A stretch of 64,000 nucleotides of DNA from Octopus vulgaris (taxonomy: Eukaryota), in assembly GCA_951406725.2 (NCBI GenBank), contig OX597822.1, positions 84,940,001 to 85,004,000 of the forward strand. The letters run 5' to 3'. Below the pieces are notes generated by a model, which ran no database searches, was not told where the DNA came from, and saw only the letters and a list, made by a program, of their open reading frames with translations. This document shows, in pieces, positions 14,620 to 28,042 of the stretch. Both the position numbers and the translations under genes were made by a program. Numbering within the stretch: position 1 is the first letter of the stretch; each line of letters begins with the position of its first letter.

Positions 14620-14925
14620 CACAGTATATTCACTGGGCAATTTGCAAAAACCTGGACCTGCTCCATGATAAAACTGGTGAGAACACAAAGCACCTCCAGT
14701 GCTTGAAAATGGTCACATCTCACTCCTCTGGAACAATAATAATTATAGTAGTCGTAGTTGTAGTAGTTAGTAATGATATATAGTAATGACAGAAGGATAT
14801 ATGCAAATAGGTCAGACACTAAATTGAAGGATTTCAGACAAAAAATATGCCTCCTCATCGATATGACTGTCCCAATCGATATAAATGTATCTGTCAAGAC
14901 CTACCAAAAACTGAGCAAATGTGGA
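14620..14925 (+). mobile_element. R4/Dong-like (restriction-like endonuclease) LINE fragment next to (AAT)n
   Basis: Reads QYIHWAICKNL..PPVLENGHISLLW, then DRRIYANRSD..KICLLIDMTVPIDINVSVK..KLSK (PD-D/ExK RLE motif). Confidence 0.75.
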
Positions 14926-15149
14926 ACCTCAAAACCATATTGTCAAATCTTTGGATAGCGACAACAGACATTAACATTAGTCATTAAACTAATTTGATTC
15001 AAATCGTTCGAATTCATGGGGTCGATAGCAATCAAGTAGCAATCAAGTACTGGGGTCGATAAAATCGACATTTTCCTTCATTAAAACTGCTAGCCTTGTA
15101 CCAGCAGTTTTAATGAAAAGTATGTAAGAAATAATTTTCATTTAATTTA

Positions 15150-16760
15150 ACATTGCATTATCAATCAGTTGGACACGGTTGGCTGTTTCTCGCCATTGTG
15201 GACACAGGTTCAAAGGTTATCCTCACTTGTTATTCTTAATTGTCAATTTTTACATGAAAATTGATCTTGGTTATAAACAATTATGGGAAGTCGATGAGAG
15301 CAGCATAAAAGTCTCAATACATTTTATAGCAACAGTCGGGCAGCTGGGTCTTCAATTTTATAAGAAAAATGGTTTCAAAAAGAAGAAAAAAAAAGAGTTT
15401 GCCGTTGAATCATATATAAATTCCATAAATTCTGCTGGCAGATTGTCTGGAACTGAGCCGGGATTAATTCTAAATGGATTTCGAAAGAGTAGATCATCCA
15501 ATTTCTTAATCTCTGGAAAGGAAAATAGGAATTTAATTCCTCACGTTGCGAAACAAAATGCTTCTGGGTTAACACACTGACGTGATTGATGTCTTCTGTC
15601 TCAAACGGTGGAAAGCTTTCTCTAATTTTCTCAAAAACCTCCAAATGATCCACCTTCATTTCTTCATTCCGCAGCTCAAGTTGTAATTTATTGGCGAAGT
15701 CTCGAATCGATCCTACGTTACCTTAAAATACCTTAATTGGTGGCATTGAGTCGAGTCAAAGAAAACAAAAAGGCATCATTGAAAAGATTAATTTTGCCTT
15801 TGATTAGTCGAGAGAAAGTTTATTTGCAAACTTGATTGATTTAGCCTTTGAATTTCTTGAAAAGAATTTTCCCCACTTCATCTTTTATCACTGCAACTTG
15901 AATTATCGTATCTCTTCCTGAAATTCATCTTAAGTCTGTATTAGACAAAAGTGCCTCATCTTCAGTATTTAATCCTTGACACAACAAACGCAGTATCCTT
16001 GTCTTCAGAGGATTAGATTTCGCAATGTTTATCATGTCTTTACCACAATCGAGACCTGATCTGAGAGCTGAAGTTAGTGTCAACACACATAATACATACA
16101 TGTGTATCATACAGAGAATCTGTATTATATCAAGTTTAGCATTTGGCACTCTTGTTAAGAAATTGTTTCTTGTTAAGAAACTTAGCATTGTAGGAGCTCC
16201 ATCTGTTGTAATACCGCCGACCGTGGTTTGCAAGAAAAACCTTCTTTGACAAAGGACCCACTTTTCATTGTTCTTTTCAAAGGTTCACAATACAAGAATT
16301 CTTCTTTGAAAATCATAACCCTATTTATAACCTGCATATACAAACAACTGAGCAAGAGACAGTCAGAATATCTTAGGGAACCTCTTTGATTTCCGAAATT
16401 AATGTTTAATATCATCTGACATATCAGATAGCGAAAGGTATCATATGATTGTAACAGAAAATTTGGTTCGGTATCTTTGCAGCATTTCCTCTTAAAATGC
16501 CATCAACAATAAATCGGTGACAAGGTAAGATCACAATTTCAGCTCTTGTGTGAGTTTGTATTTTTACAATTGTCAAGGCAATCAAATAAGGATCTTCGTC
16601 TTGTTGATACATTTACCGACTCTGATCTAATCACACACGTTTCAAATTAGATGTTTTCCACTCGAAATGGAACTGTCCTTTGTCACTTAGTTCAACTCGA
16701 TCAGTTGAGAAATGTTGTTCCAGAAAACTTGGTTTCATTGAATGATTTGATAAAACTTCA
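15150..16760 (-). pseudogene. hAT Buster/SPIN-type (GTF2IRD2/ZBED-like) transposase fossil
   Basis: Reads GGITTDGAPTML, CMIH and INIAKSNPLKTRILRLLCQGLNTEDEALLSNTDLR, with many stops and frameshifts. Confidence 0.8.
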
Positions 16761-16795
16761 GATTACAACGCTTTGTGGTGCTATGTGGTGTAAAT

Positions 16796-17197
16796 TCCGT
16801 GGTTGTGTGGTACGAAGCTTGCTTCCCAACCACATGCTTCCAGGTTCAGTCCCAGTTCGTGATACATTGGGAAAAAGGTCTTCTATTGTAGCCTCAGGGC
16901 GACCAAAACCTTTCGAGTGGATTTGGAAAATGGAAACTGAAAGTAGCCCGTCGTTTATATATGTGTGTGTGTGTGTGCGAGTGAGTGTGTGCGTGCGAGC
17001 GCGTGTATGTTTTCCCATGCCACCGCTTTACAACCGGTGTAGTTGTGTTTGCGTCCACATAACTTAGCCGTTCAGCAAAAGGGACCGGTAGAATAGCTAC
17101 CGAGCTTCAAAAAAGTAAGATTGATTCGTTCCTCTAAAAATTCATCAAAGGTAGTGCTGCAGAATGGCCGCAGTCTAACGACTAAAACAAGTAAAAA
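16796..17197 (+). mobile_element. tRNA-derived SINE family B with an internal (GT)n
   Basis: Head GGTTGTGTGGTACGAAGCTTGCTTCCCAACCACATG..GGTTCAGTCCC. Homologous to 25222 and 63308. Confidence 0.8.
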
Positions 17198-17562
17198 GTG
17201 ATGTATGTGTGCATGTGTGAGAGAATGTGTGAGTGTGTGCGCGTGTGTGTGTGTGTGTCTGTGTGTGTGTGCATATCTGTGAATGTATACTGAATGGTCA
17301 TAAGTTGAATGCTTTTGATCTTACATCGGTTCTATGAGACCTGATCTGCGTGGCAAAACAACAACAACAACAGCAACAGCAACAACAATTCCTCCTGGCT
17401 GCTTTATGTAATCCGATCCCCATCAGCTTACCATGCTGGATACGACATGGCGAACTTCATGACGCCAGGGCTAGATTAATTGTTCATTAAAACCTTCTCT
17501 ATTCATTGCTTTAAACATATACATACATATGTATACACGAACATACAGACATATACACACAC

Positions 17563-17604
<42 letters not shown>

Positions 17605-17813
17605 GTGTATATATCTGTCTATATATATGTATATATCTATATACATATGTATACATACATGTATATATATCTATCTATCTATGCATATACATATATATAT
17701 ATATACATACATATATACATATATCTGCATATATAGATATATATACGTATACATACATTATATATATATATGTATATATATATATATACACATACATACA
17801 CACACATACATAC

Positions 17814-17860
<47 letters not shown>

Positions 17861-18779
17861 TGTGTATATAATACTAAAATGAAATAACTGAGGAGGATAA
17901 AGAAATACCCAGGGACGCCTGCTGCATTAACACTTATAGTAAATTAGTTGCTAACATTTTTGATGTAGTTTGCTAAGAAATTTTAATTAATTGTAGCCCA
18001 GATAATAAAGTAGAAAACCATTTTTAGACAGTTTATGATCGAACAAGACCCGGGCTACTCGTTAGCTAACCAGGAGGTATATTTGTAGTCATTCTGCCAG
18101 CTTAATGAAGTAGTCAAATCTTCCTTTAAAAACACTCCACCGTCTTAAAAATAGAAGGGCACATTGAATAATCTAGTCCAGGGTGAACTATGTCAGTATA
18201 AAAATTAGATGGGATAGTCGCAGCGAGAATGCTTTTCATCGTTGGTTTCCTCAAGCAGATCCGATCTGGGACTAAGTTACAGGCTAACTATTGAAAAGAA
18301 TCTTAATTGGAAGTAAACCCTACCCTAGATCCACCCCAAATACAGGGTGAAGTTAAATCCCGTCAATAAAGCAGCTTCATTTCTTCGTATTCATTAATCT
18401 TATATGTTATTAACAACAAAACTAAAAGCAGGAATTACATTTAAATCCTATTCAAAACATTACATCTAATGATGGATGATAAAAAAATTAATTATTCATT
18501 ATGCCTCGTTTAATTTTTGGCAGGATTTATTTGAGCGTTATTAAAATTATGATTTGTTCAAGAAATAATTATTTGAATGTTAGAAATATTAGTTATAACT
18601 GTTTTTTTTTTAAACCTTTGTACACTACGTATATTTCCCTTCCTTTTCATTGTATGCCATTTATACTATTTTCGTTTTTCGTGACTTATTTAATTATTTT
18701 ATCATTTCATTATATGTCAACCTCCACACTTTACGTCTGTATTTGTACTGTTCCCCTCGTCCTTCAACCTGGTGGCAAA

Positions 18780-19890
18780 TAAATGAAATCATTATTATTA
18801 TTTTGGTTTGGTTAAGTTTCGGTCTTATTTGTGGTAAGATTTATGTGGGCAGCGAGTTGCCACCTGTAACCGTAGATATCCACAAGTTTTCAGTTGTCTT
18901 TCTGGTGCTTAGATCCCTCCTGATTATCCTTGCTTTCCCTAACAGACAAACTTTCTGTAGGAGTTCTACCATGTGTTCTATTCCAATCCCCTTCAGCCAT
19001 TTGTCTATATCTTGGCTTACTGTTACCAACGCACAAATTATCATAGGCACGGCCTTTACTGTTCACATGCTCCAAATTCTTCCTATTTCAAATTTAAAAA
19101 GGGATTATATTTTTCTACTCGTCCTCTTTCTTTACGATCTTGGAATATATTTTTCTTTACCGCCCACAAGGGGCTAAACATAGAGGGGGACAAACAAGGA
19201 CAGTTAAAGGGATCAAGTCGATGACATCGACCCCAGTGTGAAACTAGTACTTAATTTATCGACCCCGAAAGGATGAAAGGCAAAGTCGACCTCGGCGGAA
19301 TTTGAACTCAGAACGCAACGACAGACGAAATACGGCTACGCATTTCGCCCGGCGTGCTAACGTTTCTGCCAGCTCGCCGCCTTCATTACGATCTTGGAAT
19401 ATAACGGGCTTGATGCATCGATAAGTAAGCAAATTCAATCTGTCTGACGTGCTTTCTTTGATTTCACTCTTGTCCTTTTCTCCTAATACGCGCTTGATCA
19501 CGTGTTCTTTATTAACTATCTTTAGTAGATTTTCTGTGCTGGTCTGTAAATACTCTACTAGGCCTTTTCTTTCCATCTGTACTGCTATTAAGCCTCTTCC
19601 ACCCTGGTCTCACCTCAAGTACAGCCGGTTGGTATCAGCTTTCGGATGATGGGTTCCATACATTGTCAACAACTTTCTAGTTTTTCTGTCAATTTTCTTT
19701 AAATCATTTTGGTCCAGTCTTTAATTCCATTATTATTATTATATGAAAACGCACAGCTTATTTTGCTGGGTATGATGGAAAGCGGTGACACTTGTTTACT
19801 GGTTATGCTTCAAGAACCCTGCGAAGAATTCTTGCAGTTCCAAGCAATGCTGATTTTTATAGGTGTTCTACCATCACACTTGCAAAAATC
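18780..19890 (-). mobile_element. R4/Dong-like LINE fragments (nested), interrupted by a SINE and abutting (TTA)n/(GTT)n
   Basis: Reads KKIDRKTRKLLTMYGTHHPKADTNRLY..GGRGL, PMIICALVTVS..LQKVCLLGKARIIRR, and a second C-terminus SALLGTARILRRVLEA* near 19810-19860. Confidence 0.8.
19150..19385 (-). mobile_element. SINE family A, full length
   Basis: The minus strand starts GGCGGCGAGCTGGCAGAAACGTTAG and has the B box GAGTTCAAATTCC. Confidence 0.9.
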
Positions 19891-19968
<78 letters not shown>

Positions 19969-19970
19969 GC

Positions 19971-20001
<31 letters not shown>

Positions 20002-20127
20002 ATTGTTGTTGTTGTTATTGTTGGTGTTGATGTTATTGTCATTATTTTGGTTAAGCTCAGGTACAGCCTTATACAGCCTTATTCCTGGTAGGAATTATGA
20101 TAGCGGGTTACTAGTTGTAACCATAGG

Positions 20128-20180
<53 letters not shown>

Positions 20181-20892
20181 ATAATAATAATAATAATAAT
20201 ACTAATACTACGACTATTATTATTAGTAGTAGTGTGGGGGAGGGTATGCGCTGTAACAGCGCGTTGTTGCATCCACCATTTGTTGGTGATCCCCTATTCC
20301 TGGCGGATGATGCCTTTGTACCATTCAGGCGACAATCAGCCAGTTCATGGGCCTGTTTTTTCTGGGTAGTCGTTGAGATTGAGGGTTTTATGCGGTCGGA
20401 GTGCAAATCTTGCCCCAACCCCTTTCAGTCGCCCTTTACAACAGGCAGAGGAAAAGCTGGGTTCTGTTCTTTGGCATGCCGGTTCTCACACACAACATAT
20501 CTACATTGAATGGACCTCAGTCTATCAAAGAACCCCCAGAATATTCTATAATCCGAATTCCTAAATGAATTAACGTCTTGAGAAAGATGGCAAACGAAGG
20601 CAGAAGCATCGAACTGCCTCATTCACTAAAACTCTACAAGTGAAGAAAGGTTATAGAAATAGTAGTAATTGTATAGTTAGATGGTGCTCCAGTATGGCTG
20701 CAACCTACGGGCTGAACTAGGGGATGTGTAATGTGTGCGCGTACGTGTGTTTGCGGGTGCACTCGTATGTTAGTTAGTTAGTTAATTTGGCTCAAAAGCA
20801 AATAGCAAGGCCATGTAGGGGGACATGGAGTTAAGTACAGGGTGGTGTTCATGTAAAAGCGGTCGTCGGCATCCTCGTCTGTGTGTGCAAAT

Positions 20893-20969
<77 letters not shown>

Positions 20970-20971
20970 GC

Positions 20972-21031
<60 letters not shown>

Positions 21032-21035
<4 letters not shown>

Positions 21036-21358
21036 AAATGAAGAAAATGCTGACAAAATAATTTAAGTAAGGGAGAGTGTATTGAATTAGGTGAAAGTTC
21101 TTTTTACCGGTTGCGCATTTGTTATGCTTATCAAAAGATATTTTTTTAAGAGAGATAGAGTTCCTTTCTGATAGATTTTTTTCTCTTATCTTTTCTCAGA
21201 TAAGAGGAAAAAAATCTATCATAAAAGCACTCTATCTCTCTTAAAAAAATATCTTTTGATAAGCATAACAAATGCGCAACCGGTAAAAAGAACTTTCACC
21301 TAATTAAATACACTCTCCCTTACTTAAATTATTTTGTCAGCATTTTCTTCATTTCCTT
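21032..21358. repeat. Near-perfect ~160-bp fold-back hairpin (6-nt loop) between (TA)n arrays
   Basis: 21032-21191 matches the reverse complement of 21198-21358 with only a few mismatches. Confidence 0.95.
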
Positions 21359-21394
21359 TTTTTATATATCACAACTCGTGTTCCACATCTTTTT

Positions 21395-21458
<64 letters not shown>

Positions 21459-21495
21459 ATATATATATATAGTTGAAACATTCCTGTCACAACCT

Positions 21496-21539
21496 GGGAC
21501 CTTGAAGACTGGTTAAATGCAAGAAAGTATACTAGTCCC
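21496..21539 (+). ncRNA. Degenerate minimal type I hammerhead motif
   Basis: GGGAC-CTTGAAGA-(weak stem II)-GAAA-GTATAC-TA-GTCCC. Stem I is 5 bp and stem III is the palindrome AGTATACT. Confidence 0.45.
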
Positions 21540-21687
21540 TTAATATTTGATTTTCAATATTTCATTTATTCAATAAGACAATCAATACTTCATTTCATTT
21601 CACTATATATACTATATATATTATTTATACTATATATTCTATATTCTACATTAATATTATAAAGAATATAAATAAAACATATATATA

Positions 21688-21759
<72 letters not shown>

Positions 21760-22123
21760 ATAGTATTACATGTTATATAATGCGTGTATGTGAGTAAATG
21801 CGTGATCTGTATGCGTGCGTGTGTGTAAGCGTTTCCAATCACGGTCGAGCACTTTAATGTAGATTGAGGTGAGTGCAATCTAATTTTATCGTTCTCATTC
21901 CTTCGCTAAGCAGTGAACTTCACATCCACACTTCACATCGTTTTGTAACTTAAACACTTCTAAGTGAACAAAATAGATTTGCCAGTCTTTTAAAATCTTT
22001 CTGCTTCGCCAACGAATGCACGCTTTCCCGAAACCTAAGATCTCACGCTCCAAGTAGTAATATTTTTGTAAATATATCAACATTTTATATATTTTGAACT
22101 ATATCTTGCACATGTGACAGATC

Positions 22124-22154
<31 letters not shown>

Positions 22155-22302
22155 TGTATGTATGTATGTATGTATGTATGTATGTATGTATGTGTATGCA
22201 TATATTTATATGTATATATATATATAATATAAATAATATATATATATGCAAATATACATACGTATATGTACATGCTTACATCTATACGTATATATATATG
22301 CA

Positions 22303-22820
22303 TATGTGGGCACAGGACGTCACGAAACGTGTACAACAAAAAATAGTACGAGTACATGGAATATGAACAATCTTTTTCCAACAACGAAAGACACAAATGG
22401 AAAATAAAACAAGCAACATAAAGAACGACCCATCATCAGTTGCTGGTTGTTTTTTACTCTCGTATTTCGAGCATTTAACAAGATACGCGTTCGATAAAAC
22501 AATTCCTCCCGTAAAGCAAAAGTTATTTCATGCGGAGGGTCAAAATTGGTAACACAAACAGGACAGTGAAAACAAACAGGAAGGGCTGCTAAGCCTAAAC
22601 GAGGTTGTTGTGAAATCAAGCTAGGACAGGAGATAAACAAGAATACGTCTTCCTTGTTCCAGCTACAACGGAGAGACAGAAAGAAAGATGGCCGATGGTC
22701 ACGTTGGAGCCACGTGAGCAAGGGTGGAGGAGTGAAGAAGAGAGAGTGACAGAGTAATAAGATAGAATAGTGGGAGAAGAGGAGGTAAAAGAATAAGAGA
22801 GAGAAAAAGTGAGAGGGTAT
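22303..22820 (-). mobile_element. (TA)n-anchored repeat, probable Penelope-like terminal region
   Basis: Homologous to 13253-13418 and, more distantly, to 24378-24790. Confidence 0.55.
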
Positions 22821-22957
22821 GTATGTATATATATATATATATATGTATTATATATAAATACACACATACATACATACATAAATATATACATACAAACATA
22901 CATATATATTATATACATATATACACACATACGCGCGCACACACACACATACACACA

Positions 22958-22998
<41 letters not shown>

Positions 22999-23159
22999 CC
23001 ACATACCATATTATATGAAGCTACATTATATTATATTATATGTTTTTCCAAAAGTTTGGATAGAAAGATGTGGGACTCTGCTGCAACTGACTTGCTTCTG
23101 ACTGGAGTTTGAAAATTCTCCTGTTTTTATAGAGAGAGCATGACACAAATTGATTTCAA

Positions 23160-23612
23160 ATTCTGGCACAAGGCCCGCAATTTCGAACTAAGTCGAATTC
23201 ATCGACCCCAGTACTTCAAATGTCGGTGGAATTTGAACTCACAACGTAAAGGCGGACGAAATGCAGCTAAGCTTTTCGACCAGCATGCCAACGATTTCGC
23301 CAGCTCTCTACTTTAAACATGCTTCAAATTAGCATCAGTTTAGGATACAATGTGAATGGCAGAAGTTGAATACGATGAAGGTGGCGAGTTGGCAGAATCG
23401 TTAGCGCGCCGGGCTAAATACTTAGCGGTATTTCGTCTGCCGCTACGTTCTGAGTTCAAATTCCGCCGAGGTCGACTTTGCCTTTCATCCTTTAGAGGTC
23501 GATAAATTAAGCACCAGTTACGCACTGAGGTCGATCTAATCGACTTAATCCCTTTGTCTGTCCTTGTTTGTCCCCTCTATGTTTAGCCCCCTATGGGAAA
23601 TAAAGAAATAAG
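23160..23612. mobile_element. Two SINE family A copies in opposite orientation (- at 23160-23315, + at 23380-23612)
   Basis: Family A head and core are present on opposite strands. Confidence 0.85.
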
Positions 23613-23639
23613 AAGTTGATCCCATGGTTAGGCTTAGAA

Positions 23640-23980
23640 ATATTTTGTCAGTTCCATACTTTGCATTGGTGTCTTATAAGAAACAATCATGATTATGCCC
23701 AAAGTTTAAGTTGTTGACTGTGTAAAATCAACATGTCAAGCGGCAGAATGTGTTTGTACAGTCTTGGTTTGTCTTTCTTAATTCATACTTGGTCTGTGGT
23801 TTTGACTGAACAAAGGTCAAGTGGGAAGACTAGCAATCTGGGGTACATATTTTTTCCACATATGTCTATGTCCCTAGTCAATGGAATCTGCCTAGTACTA
23901 GTGTCTCGTACTTGTTGACGATGAATTGTCAGTCTATTTTTGAAAGCAAGCTTTGTTTGACCTATGTAATTCTCGTTACA
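23640..23980 (-). pseudogene. Penelope-like element GIY-YIG endonuclease fragment
   Basis: The minus strand from 23980 reads CNENYIGQTKLAFKNRLTIHRQQVRD..IDICG (C..YIGQT..R...H motif). Confidence 0.8.
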
Positions 23981-24236
23981 TGCTTAAGTTTTAATGACAA
24001 ATTTTTTGACGAGCAGGTAAAACGACATTTATATAGTAAAAATCAGTCCTGATTTAAATTTATATATTTTGTCTTCAATGGGGATCATGCCAGTCAGAAG
24101 AAAGACAGCTGTGGCATAGTCCCACGCCTTTCTATGTTACTTAACTTTTGAAAATCAGAAAAATCTATGAAATCGGTTAAACCTTTAAAATATACCATCT
24201 TAAAGATTTCAAATGAACTTCAACTTCTATCTCTCT

Positions 24237-24298
<62 letters not shown>

Positions 24299-24377
24299 TT
24301 AATAAATAAATAAAACATATGCATATATACATACATATATGTACGTACCTACCTCTACATGTATATATACATGCATA

Positions 24378-24790
24378 TATGGGTACAGGACACCAAAGAA
24401 ACGTCGAATACAATGAGAAACGAAAACATAAACACAAAACCAAGGAAATGGACATTTTTTTAAAACAACGAAAAAATAGAGTACAGGACATACAAAACAA
24501 GGAAAATTCCCCTTCTTCAATCGCCTTAATTTCATCTACTCCACGTTCGAAGGTCAAGGCGATACATGACTTCAATGAAATTTTCCTTCCCGCGAAAATC
24601 AAATTAAATAAGATTTGAGATTTTTTTGCGGAGGGGTAAAAATGGTAACAAAAACAGGACAGTAACGACAGTACAAAATATAAACAGTAAAAGACAGGAC
24701 AGAGAATAACAGTAACACAAACAAGAAGGGCTGTTAAGCCAAACGAGATAAAAAACTTTTACGAACGCTATTGTTTGAGGACGGCAGAGA
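24378..24790 (-). mobile_element. (TA)n-anchored repeat, homolog of 26485-26665
   Basis: Shared GGAGTAGATGAA..GAAGGGG and GTCCTGTACCCATATATGCATG end. Confidence 0.65.
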
Positions 24791-25028
24791 CAACAGATTA
24801 CCGTCTGTGTGTGTGTGTGTGTGTGTATTATACACACGCTTACTGGTATATTCGGTTGCACTCATTCACAATTTGAGAAATGATTAAGAACAAGTTCGTG
24901 TGATACACTAACTCAATCTAATTATGGTTTATATTCTTTAACTTTATATTCTTTAGACAAAAGGAGATAACAAAACCGAGGCTGTGAGGAGTTTTAAGTA
25001 CATTTATAAGGAAAGAGATATAGATATA

Positions 25029-25076
25029 GTCTTACAGCTGTTTCTGGGATATTAGAGACATCTCTTCATCAGAGAC
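25029..25076 (-). ncRNA. Minimal type I hammerhead ribozyme motif in a Penelope-like relic
   Basis: Sense strand: GTCT-CTGATGA-(imperfect stem II)-GAAAC-AGCT-GTA-AGAC. Stem III is the palindrome ACAGCTGT and the cleavage triplet is GUA. Confidence 0.7.
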
Positions 25077-25221
25077 AATATGAGATTGTTAAATAGAGGG
25101 AAATATTAGAGTTCAATATGAGGAGTTATTTTGGAAAAGAAAGGAAATAAGTATATAGGGAAATAGGAGAATGAATGTAGAAATAAAAATATATAAAGAT
25201 GTTAGTTGCAGTTCCATTATC

Positions 25222-25378
25222 CATTGACTGCGGCTATGCTGGAACACCGCCTTTAGTCGAAGAAATCGACTCCAGAACTTATTCTTTGTAAGCCTAGTAA
25301 TTTTTCTATCGGTCTCTTTTGGCGAACGGCGAAGTTTCGGGGACATATATGCAATATCGGTTGTCAAGCGATAGTGGG

Positions 25379-25418
<40 letters not shown>

Positions 25419-25598
25419 ATATATATATATATACACACATGACGGGCTTCTTTCAGTTTTCATCTATCAAATCCACTCACAAGTCTTTGGTCGGCTCGAG
25501 GCTATAGTAGAAGACACTTGCCCAAAGTTCCACGCAGTGGGACTGAACCCAGAACCATATAGTTGAGAAGAAAGTTTCTTACCACACAGCCACGCCCG
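25222..25598 (-). mobile_element. SINE family B
   Basis: Reverse complement of the 63308 and 16796 copies. Confidence 0.85.
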
Positions 25599-25628
25599 TG
25601 CCTATTTGTGTGTGTGTGTATGTGTATG

Positions 25629-25673
<45 letters not shown>

Positions 25674-26144
25674 AGCCGTATATATATATCTGTATATACA
25701 TATGTGTGTGTGTATGTGCACATACATATATATATATGTGTGTGTGTACAAATATATATGTATACATTCATATATACATAGATGTGTGCATGTCTATATA
25801 TATATATATATGTATGTGTGTACGTGCGCATATACTTGTGTACATACATGTGTGTGCATGTGCGTATGGCAGTGTGCGTGCATACGTGTAAATGCGTAGA
25901 TCTATTTATCGCTGCTTCTCTTTCCTCGCTGTCACTACTCCTGTAGATAATATCTAAAGGAGTCTTGCAAGAGAAGAGGTTAAAGAGATAGATTACAAGC
26001 AATTAATCTTTCAGAAACCTTTATTTATATTCGCCTTGTCACATACATTGTAATTTAGACACACTTGTCTTACATATCTACACCAGCTCCCATATCCTTT
26101 AGTTGAATTTACTAAGAACATTCTAGGATGAAGAGAGAGAGAGA

Positions 26145-26202
<58 letters not shown>

Positions 26203-26326
26203 CAGAAAGAGAGATTGAAACCCGAGGATGATGCTTGGAATCCATCTTTAGTAAAGTTAACTCCTACATGTCCAGATCTGCTAATCCACCACTTTCTCAA
26301 ACTATTGGGATATATATATATATAAT

Positions 26327-26665
26327 GGAACAAGAATGCAACAGATGACAACAAAGCGTTCGGACAGGTAGACGAATCAACGACAGACCGGAAAAACATC
26401 AAAAAGACGGATAGGAAAAAACAAGGACGGGTCATTCCCAGCATTCTCTCCTCAGTCAAGTTTCCAGATTATCCTCACAGTTTCGCGCGGAGTAGATGAA
26501 GCAGGGACATCTGATGAAGGGGGATATACTTTATGTTGCATGTTTCGTTTCTCTGCTTGTTTTTTTTCGTTGTTCGAAAAAAGGTTCGTTTTCTATGTAT
26601 TTGTTTTTTATGTTTTTGTTTCCTCATTGTGTCTACGTTTTTTGATGTCCTGTACCCATATATGC
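26327..26665. mobile_element. Head-to-head fusion of two (TA)n-anchored subfamily ends
   Basis: 26327-26484 matches the 10608 family (-) and 26485-26665 matches the 24378 family (+). (TA)n lies on both sides. Confidence 0.65.
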
Positions 26666-26668
26666 ATG

Positions 26669-26750
<82 letters not shown>

Positions 26751-26827
26751 TATGTACATATATGTATATATATAAGCATATATTTATATATTATTTATAT
26801 TATTACATATCCTTTTCTAAGTGAGTT

Positions 26828-26889
<62 letters not shown>

Positions 26890-26930
26890 GTCTGTCTGTC
26901 TGTCTCTGTCTCTGTCTCTGTCTCTCTCTG

Positions 26931-26971
<41 letters not shown>

Positions 26972-27499
26972 GCATTATATATATATATATACATATATGT
27001 ATATGTAAATATGGGTGTGCGTGTGTGTGTGTGTGGATACACATATACATATACACAGACACTCATATACATAGATTTATGTAAGTAAATATGAACGAAT
27101 TGAATGTGTGCGTGTGTATACATGTTAATAATCGTATTCCAAGATATTTAGCTGTTATTTCTGGCAGGTCAAAATGCTATGTGAAATGCCGCCAAATCGT
27201 GCTTAAATTTAATGATTTACAATGTTGTCACAGATGATGCTGTATAGAATGATATGAACGCTGCAACCCCTCTCATCCTTCATCTATTAAACCAGGACAG
27301 ACATTTTAAAGCCATAAAATACTGTTGCAGCAACTTTGGTTTAATTCTTTATTTTTCCTTATTTTCCTTCATTTTCTACAAAAAAAAAAAAAAATTAACC
27401 TATTATTAACCCATTTTAATCCTTTAAAACATTTCCTAAACATGTTGCTGATATTCACTGTTCCTGAATTTTAATGAAAGCATTAAAATGGGAAATTGA

Positions 27500-27810
27500 C
27501 TTTCTGAGGATATGGTGCAGCAAGCATTTGAAAACCAGGATGCTTGCTTTTCATCACGATTGTCAGAAGCTGCTGAGAAAGCAAGCCGTGACATCTGGTA
27601 CGAGGGAGAGAGAGGACGAGTGGTGCAGCAAGAACAGGCTAGTATTGAAGATGATAGAAACATCTGGTCCAGACTAACAGCACGAGCTTGTTGGGTAGGT
27701 GTTTTGTCGCCTGCGTCGGTGGGTGGCCCCGGGTAGATGTGGTGTCAAGGTGAAAGGGGCCGAAACATCTACTGAGCTGCTTCACTGCTTGATGAAACAT
27801 CGACTCCTGC
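27500..27810 (+). mobile_element. HERO-like RLE non-LTR 3' end
   Basis: Reads LSEAAEKASRDIW (resembles the HERO C-terminus), followed by a GGGCCGAAACA-type 3' UTR. Confidence 0.5.
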
Positions 27811-28011
27811 ATTCGCAGACCGAGTACAGCAGCATCTTCAACACAAAAGTCTACCCTTAAAAACATACCCAGGTATCGAGGTTTAATTATCAATTATATC
27901 CGATAAAAATATAAATTTAGTCGGTCAATAATTTATTGAAAGTTCAAAATATTTTAGTCAATATACCAATTCATCAAAGCAGAGTATTTTAAGATCTTAT
28001 ATGTCATAAAT

Positions 28012-28042
<31 letters not shown>

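Noticed and set aside
15150-16760. Domesticated GTF2IRD2/ZBED-like gene
   Set aside because: Many stops and frameshifts show it is a transposase fossil.
20230-20580. Possible HERO-like C-terminal fragment
   Set aside because: The resemblance (VVEIEGF, QQAEEK..LW) is too weak to call without a search.
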